Of a stretch of 64,000 nt of DNA, positions 55,898 through 64,000 are shown piece by piece; within the stretch, counting starts at the first letter, position 1, and each line of letters begins with the position of its first letter. The position numbers were made by a program, and so were the translations under genes. The notes beneath the pieces were generated by a model, which saw only the letters and a list, made by a program, of their open reading frames with translations, was not told the origin of the DNA and searched no databases. Source of the DNA: the human T2T-CHM13v2.0 reference genome, Homo sapiens; assembly GCF_009914755.1 (NCBI RefSeq), contig NC_060936.1; one strand, given 5' to 3'.

Positions 55898-57304
55898 CAT
55901 CACTGCCAGCTGTCTATAGGCCTTCTTCAGTTCAACATCTGATGCTGTGGCCTCAACCCCCAGTACATGGAAAGGGTTTAGCTCATCCTCAGGAACCCCA
56001 GCCATGGTCAAGAGTCGAGCCACTTCCTCTTCAGGCTGGCAGTAGCGCCCACTAGCTACAGGTGCATTCCCCTGCCTATTAATATTCTGCTTGACCCAAG
56101 GCAACTCCAGCCAGCCCCACTGAACTATTCTTACCAGCCGCTGCCATGGCCTGCTATCTCTCAGCAGAGTCAAGCAACGCTGCAAGGCTGGAGAATCCAG
56201 CCAAGAGAAGAGCCAGGTAGCCTTATCCCTCCAGCCTAACCGGTCACCTAGTCCCACCAGAAACCGCCATCCCAACTGTAGAAAGCCCAAAAAGAGGGCC
56301 AGAGCCAGGAGCAGCAAAGCACCCAGCAGCTTAAGAAAACGAGTAAACAGTCCTACTCCACAGTAAAACCCCTGGCTTAGAAACTGAAACATGACCTGGG
56401 CCCAGCCCCCTAACCGCCCTGTCCACACTCCCATCCAAACTCGAAAAAGGTCCAAATCACTGCTTTTCAGTTGCCTGCAGGCATAGATGAGATGGCCACA
56501 AGTTTCTACGTACTCTCCCACCAATACCAGCAGTTCAATCAGCCACCAAAAGCCTGCCTGTCCAAGTTGACATAGTTCCTCGGCTCCCCACAATCCCAGG
56601 CCTTTGCGCTTATCTGCCTGACTTCGTTTCCGACCCAGCCGATGTCGACCAGGGGACCTGGGATCCCTACGTCCACCCTCCCGAGTATCCTCCTTCGTTG
56701 GAAAGCGGTGCCGCTGTCTCCGGGATGGGGGTTTCTTTCCGCTGGACACACGTGAAAAATCACTGGGGAACTTGAGAGATTCTTCATCATCATATTCCTC
56801 TTCCAACTCATCTTCCCCCAAAGCTGGAGAGGTACAGTGGTGGCAAAAGTTGCTAGAAGAACCATTTCCTCCCTCAGAGTAAGGCCCTTCTGGAATTCCA
56901 GGTGTTCCCTGGCAGTTGCAAGCAGATGGAATGGAAAGAAAAGAGTTCCCATCCTTCTGGTTCCCAGTCTCGTTTTCTTTTGAGAGTTCCTGGTCCACTC
57001 CTGATTCTTCTTCTGAAGACGTCTCACTCTGATCAGGGTCCTCTGCATCTCTAGGTGGTCCTGGACCCCCTGGGGGGCCATGGCTTGGGTCCAACCAATG
57101 GGCTGGGTTTGGGTGCTGTGTGTGCTTAGGACCAGAGTGCTCTGTGAGGCAGCGGGTACCATTAGGAGCAGTCCCTGCTGAGTCCCTGAGTCCTGAGAAT
57201 GAAGGTATTTCAGGGTCCACGGAGGGTCCTAAAGTCCTGAGGGAGGCACCACCACTGTGGTGGGCTCCATACAACCCTCTTTCTCCGGGGTGCTTCTGGG
57301 CCAT
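55898..57304 (-). CDS. DNAJC14: DNAJC14 large first coding exon (MAQKHPGERG...LKKAYRQLAVM; 469 codons): disordered N-terminus, hydrophobic segments, first part of J domain
   Basis: Lies within ORF 55829..57403. Exon acceptor cag|GCA at 57361/57360, ATG at 57304 (ggtcATGG), donor ATG|gtgagt at 55898/55897. Confidence 0.97.
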
Positions 57305-57809
57305 GACCCCGGGGCTTCCTGAGGGTCTTAGGTCACAGCCATCATGGTGTGTTCTGATGCCTGTAACAGATATCAAGGTGGAGACAGTCAAGGATGAGAC
57401 CAAGAGAGGAATTAAACAATCTCAAATAGTGGACACATTTAATTCATCCACCTCCCTTGTTTTCCCAAGTTCTTTTGGGGCATTCGCTATTCCTAGCAAT
57501 AAGCCAAAACTAGACTCACCACAACCCTGCTTGCTCCCTCCCCTCTCCTCCAAATCACTTAAGTTTTTCTTCTTTCCCCAGAAAACTATAACCTTCAATC
57601 AGGGAAACAGGGAGGTACCGTAAAGGGTGTGGTCGGGGGAGGGTGGGTCACTCTTAGGAAAATGGGAAAGACCGCCGGAAAGGGGGCCACAGACTTCCAG
57701 TAATGGGTGGGGGCCATGCGGCCCTGGAGGAAAATCTGGGGGCGGAGCTTAGGGCTGCCCCTAAGAAAGACTAACAGGGAACCCACCGGCTGTGTAGAAG
57801 GGACGAAGG

Positions 57810-58500
<691 letters not shown>

Positions 58501-59461
58501 ACTAAGGGCAGACTCTCAGGATTGCTCTGGGTGTATTCCTAGGCTTTGTATTCCTGGGAGATGGAGGGCAGCCACCGAGCCACATATAGTCTTTTTCCCT
58601 TGCAGACAAAACCAGGGAGCTCAGAAGAGTCACTGCCCTGATCCCTTCCGTGCCGGCAGCTGCGAGGACACAGGCCCCTTTGTATCCTGCGGTGCGGAGG
58701 TGGAGCAGAGGAGAGGGTGCCCCGGCTGGCCCCCTCCCTCGCCCCGCAGCACTGCCCCTCCTTTCACAGCAACCCACGGCCTCCCCCGCGCTTGACCCAG
58801 CTGGCGAGCTGCCCCTTATACCTGGATCCGCCCCTCGGGTCGCAGCTCCCCAGGCCCGATCACCGAGCGGTGCCTAGGAACTGGGAGCGTAACTTGGCTC
58901 GGCTCAGAACTTTGCCCGTGAGCCAAAGAACACTGAACTCATCTACCTGCTGCTTGACATCTCATCTGCATACCAAGCTATTTGGTGGACGTCCACAAGC
59001 GCCCCCGCCCCCACGTAGACCCAGTTGGGTCCCCGTTCCGTCGGTCCCCTCCTCTGCACACGCCTCTAGCCTTATACCCCGTCTTGATCCGAAAGTTTTT
59101 CCACCCATGAACCCCCAGTTGGCGCTCCCCGACCAGCAAAAGCCCCTTCCCTGGTCCACGATCCCGACCACCCGGTTCTCCAGGAGACAATACTCCAATT
59201 CTCTGGAAAGTGGAAGAAACCAAGCTGAAGCTAGGGGGGCGCTGGGACCCCTATTGGGGCTTTGAGAGCTTCCGGTTGTCATCTCCTAAGTATTCGGAGA
59301 CCCTTCTCCAAAACTCTTGGGGTGACCCTCAAGACTCTTACCTGCTATATAGTTGGGGGTCTCTGGTCCTGGACTAGAGCAGTAGGCAACCTGGGTCCCC
59401 CCACACACACGGGAAAGAATTGGAGGGGCCTGCCTTGTGATGTCACCCCTCCTCCCCCCAC

Positions 59462-59517
59462 CGCGCGCACGCGCGCGCGCACACACACAAACACAAACAC
59501 ACACCCCAACACACACG
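59462..59517. repeat. (CG)n/(CA)n alternating purine-pyrimidine tract
   Basis: cgcgcgcacgcgcgcgcgcacacacaca (28 nt of perfect alternation), then degenerate (CA)n. Confidence 0.9.
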
Positions 59518-62456
59518 CCCTGTCCCCTTTCTCCACCCTGCAAGCTAGTTGCATTTAGCTCACAGAGCCTGGGCTGCGACTTGAAAGAGTTTAGGCAGCA
59601 ACAGAGTGACCCTGGGGGTGCTCTTGACCGACAGCCGCACCCCCGGCGTCTAGGACCTCCGAGCAGGGATGCATCTGGAGGTCTAGGGAAGCACTTCCAC
59701 CCCCTCCTCTCCTCAATCCTGGCAGGATGGTGAGTAGTTAACATCCCCTCCCCAACCCCCGCTTGTCCAGGGTCCCCAGACTTCCAAGCAGATTGAGGAG
59801 AGGAGCTCCGAGAGTCAACCCTCCAGCCTGTAAGGACCTTGATATCCAAAGGACAGCTGAAGAAAGTAATGTGCCTGCATTTTTGCCACTTCATTCCCAC
59901 AGTGCCCGAAATGCCAGCTCCTCCTTGGTGTTCTCCTTTCAGGATTTGAATTCAAATCCCATTGGCAGCCCTGATACCGCTGGGGGAAGGGTGAGGTAGG
60001 AAAAGTCCCACCAATATCCTAAGGGGAGGTGCGAGTGGCTACCAGGATGTGAGATGTCTGTGGGCAAAGTCCCTGCTTATTCCATGAGGGGCTGTGGGAT
60101 TAGGACTGTGGCTGGATGCCTCTTCCTCCAACAACTCCATCTCAGGATGAAGCTGAGGCTTTAAAACCCTGACAAACTGTGGGTGACTGTCTCTACTTAA
60201 TTCCTCCTCCCAAACTCTTGGTGTCTGGTTTTTTCCCTCTTTCTGCCCTGGGCCTGGAGCAGCTGTCCAGAGACCCCCACCATGACTCATACTCTCCTGT
60301 TCTCCCTCCCTCTCCCCTCTCTATTAACCTCACCCTTCCCAATCCAGTGGGGTAGTATTAAGTCCCAGTCGCAGATGGGGCAATAATGTCCCAGCACCCC
60401 TCCCTCCACACACCCAGGGCTTCCTGTTCTTTCCACCCTCACCCTGAAGAGCTGCAGGGTGGTGGGGGGAGGCAAAGGCTCATTACTTTATAAGATTTTC
60501 ATTACTTTATAAGATTTCATTTTACATTTTACTTAAGTGTACTTGTTTCAGAGAGTGGTAAAGACAGATCCTGCTCCTCTCAATCCAATCCTGTAGATTT
60601 CTTCAGTTACCTCAACAGGGTCATACTGGCTCCTGAAATGGGCACCATTATTTAAAAGAAATAGAGGTACAGAGTCCTCAAGATTTATGGGCACCTGAGT
60701 TTCTGCCCCGTGCCCCGCTGCAGGTTTCCCAATCCCCTAAAGACATTCATGGATGGGTGAGAGGAGCTGACACCTCCCGCTCTGTGACCACTTTCTCTTT
60801 GGCCATGGAGGAAGTCTTGCTGCCCCTGGCTGTGACATCTGACCCCAGGCCCTTTAATCAACAACTCCCAGAGCCTCCAGACCCAAGATGTGTTTTGGAA
60901 CCCCAGGACAATCCTGAACTGGCACTTGCCCTGGTGTGTGCCCTTTGCTGCTGCTTTGGAATCATCTACTGCTGCTTCAGTGAGGGCAGGGCCAAGGACC
61001 TGGGGGGCCATTGCCCAAGACTGTCATCCTCAAGGATGATGCCAGCTTTCCTCCTTGCTCCTGGGCCATCTCACCTCCTCTGCCAGGGGTTCCTACCTCT
61101 AGTGTGGCCCATGTTGCTCTGGCTGTATTCCTAGGCCCATGTTGCTCTTGCCAGCTTCTTGTCCATCCTCCATGCCCATGCCTTCCAGCTTTCACCTCTG
61201 GCATCTATCATTTGCTCTTCTCTTAACTCCTACCTGAAAACCCCATTCCTAAATTATTCACTATATTTCAGACTTCTTCACTCTTCTCCAAAAACCTGAA
61301 TCAGCTTGTGCTGATTTTTTCCTATCTGCTATCCCTAAAAGGACTAGACCTTCTTTCTATCCTTACTCCCCTCAATGTATCCATCTTACCTCTTGATTTT
61401 CCCTCCCATTCCCTCACAGTTCCTGAAACAGTGCCCCCCCCCCGACCCTAAGCGACCCCTTTCTGCCCCTGGCCTTGAGGTCCCTTGACGTGCTGCTCCT
61501 GTCTTCTGCTCCTCTAGTGAGCCATTCCTCTCCCTTGGAATTCATCAGAGTCATCCCTGTAGAGCCCCCTTCCTGCCTCTCAATTCCTCCTGCCTCACTT
61601 CCCAGGCTACTGCTGCTTCAAGACAGTGACGTTTCTCTCCGGTCAGCTGTCAGGAGCGCTGGTGAGCTTCCTACTGTGCCACAAGGTGCGGGTGCTGGAG
61701 ACACAGCTGAGCCTGGAAATGAGAGTGGGCATCGCCGTGGTCATCATGACTCCTCTGCGGCGTGGTCACCATGTTGGTTCACTGTGTTGGGCTCTTATTG
61801 ACGGGTCTCCTGCTAGGCCTGACCTTGGGTGCCGGAGCCCTGCTGGCTTCTGAGCCTATCTACCAACCACCTTCAGCCTGGGTGCCAGCTGGGGGGCTGG
61901 TGGGGCTGGCGCTGCTGGGAGCCCTGCTCACACTTCGGTGGCCACGTCCATTCACAGTTCTGGGCACAACCCTGCTGGGTTCTGCAGTGCTTGTGGCCTG
62001 TGTTGACTACTTCCTGGAGGGGCTGGCACTGGGGAGTTGGCTGGGCCAACGCCTGCAGACACTTCCAGCCTTGCCTTCTCTCTGCTGATATAGCTGGGTC
62101 TTACTGGGGATCTGGCCAGCCTTGGGGGCCCTTGGAGCCCTGGCCCAGTGGAAGCTCGTGCCTGAGGAACATGGAGGCCACGCTAATGGTGAGTTAGTGC
62201 TGTGGTACAGAAGCAGCCAACCTGTGCCTACTCATGTCCCCAGTTCCTAGACTTAAGGAGGGAAGGGGAGAAATACACTTGAGGAAGGAGAGTGGGGGAG
62301 GATGTCCAAGGTGAATGGGGCAGGGCACTGAAAAAAAAAGTTGAAGGAGTCAGGGGAAGCAGGAAAGAGTTACAGAAGGAAAGGAGGATCTCAGGGAAGT
62401 CTAGGAGGAAAAATAGAATTTCGAAGAATTTCTTTTAGAATGAATTGTCGGGGGGG

Positions 62457-62823
<367 letters not shown>

Positions 62824-62907
62824 TTAGAATGTGAGTGTGTATAGGGTAGGATTCAGGGCCTAAAGAGGCCTTCTTGAGTCTGTATTGCCCCCTCCGAAGC
62901 AGTGGTC

Positions 62908-63210
62908 TTTTTTTTTTTTTTTTTTTTTGAGATGGAGTCTCACTCTGTCACCCATGCTGGAGTACAGTGGCATGATCTTGGCTCACTGTAACCTCCGCCT
63001 CCTGGATTCAAGTGATTCTCATGCCTCAGCTTCCCGAGTAGCTGGGATTACAGATATGCATCACCATGCCCGGCTAGTTTTTGTATCTTTAGTAGAGATG
63101 GGGTTTCACCATGTTAGCCAGGCTGGTCTTGAACTCCCAACCTCAAGTGATCCACCCACCTCAGCCTCCCAAAGTGCTGGGATTACAAGTGTGAGCCACC
63201 GCGCCCGGCC
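62908..63210 (-). mobile_element. AluS inserted into a TMEM198B exon (TSD agcagtggtctt)
   Basis: TSD copies at 62898-62909 and 63211-63222. Confidence 0.92.
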
Positions 63211-63927
63211 AGCAGTGGTCTTAAGCCACCAGCAAAGCCATCTCCAACTCCTTCAGACCCTTCAGCAAAAGGCCAAATGGCACTGGATCCCCTCTGGGGT
63301 GGGGCTTTGTGAGGGCAGCTGTCGGCATCAGCTCCCTGCCAATACCTGCAGCCCTGCTGACAGTCTGGCTCCAGTGAGTGGGGGACTTGGGGACACCCTG
63401 GGCAGATGGAGCAGAGGACATATGGGGATGGTCAGGGTGGGAGGGGGGCTCTGACCCAGGCCCCTCCTTACTCCCTCTCTGCCCTGTGTCCCTCCAGAGT
63501 TACTTCCAGAGTCTTCAAGAGTGCCAACTGGGACCAGGACCCCAGACCACAGCCCCCCACACCGTCCTGGACCTGGATTCTGACTGTGGTTCCACTGTAC
63601 CCCTCACCTTAATCTCTGGTTCTAACCAGACCTGAGCCTAGACTTCCACTTTTTCCCTTACCCCTGTGAGGGCCTGGGAACACTAGGTGGGCAGGGTTTG
63701 AGCCCACAGGACCTGCACACAAACTTCCCCACCTCTTGGACTTGGGGACAGGATCTGTGCCTCAACCCAGACCAGCTTTGTAGGGATATGTTCCAAGAAC
63801 AGAGAAGAGTCTTATGGGGAAGGGGGAGGAAGGGAAGTATGAATATTTACCTCTGACCAATAATAGAGGTGCCCTGGTCCCCAAAGAAATTGACTCCCGA
63901 ATTCCCTCCAAGCCTTACCCATATAGC

Positions 63928-64000
63928 TTTTGTTTGTTTGTTTGTTTTCAGACAAGGTCTTGTTCTGTCCAGTGCCGTGGCGTGACCACAGCTCATGACA
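63928..64000 (-). mobile_element. Tail end of an old Alu, cut by the window edge
   Basis: (TTTG)n tail followed by agacaaggtcttgttctgtc...cagtg. Confidence 0.65.

Noticed and set aside
57120-57623. 167-aa + strand ORF
   Set aside because: Largely the antisense shadow of the DNAJC14 coding frame; non-ATG start.
62885-63454. 189-aa ORF reading through the Alu into TMEM198B-like sequence
   Set aside because: Non-ATG start in an intron, mostly Alu-derived, and out of phase with the upstream exon when the original acceptor is used.

Overview
Human (primate) genomic DNA that I recognise from its translated exons as the 12q13.2 SARNP-ORMDL2-DNAJC14-TMEM198B cluster. It contains four genes. (1) SARNP/CIP29 on the minus strand: coding exons 1-9 (46345 to 17700; 501 nt, 167 codons, all GT-AG and phase-consistent); its last exons lie left of the window. 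(2) ORMDL2, complete on the plus strand (CDS 47644-47817, 47986-48137, 48904-49039; 153 aa). (3) DNAJC14/Jiv, complete on the minus strand (six coding exons, 57304 to 50623; 702 aa). (4) The TMEM198B pseudogene on the plus strand (about 60724-63635), with a frameshift, a nonsense codon and an Alu inserted into an exon. The genes alternate head-to-head, tail-to-tail, head-to-head, with CpG-rich bidirectional promoters. Introns are packed with Alus plus MER2/MER44/Tigger, L1, L2 and MIR fragments, and most ORFs in the supplied track are Alu artefacts. I see no evidence of a wholly new biological system. The best leads are an in-frame DNAJC14-to-SARNP read-through donor, overlapping ORMDL2/DNAJC14 3' UTRs with an Alu-tail poly(A) signal, a uORF plus a 207-codon alternative frame in DNAJC14, a second divergent promoter near 59.4-59.7 kb, the TMEM198B disabling lesions, and a candidate SARNP poison exon. 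Repeat boundaries and subfamily calls were made by eye and are approximate.
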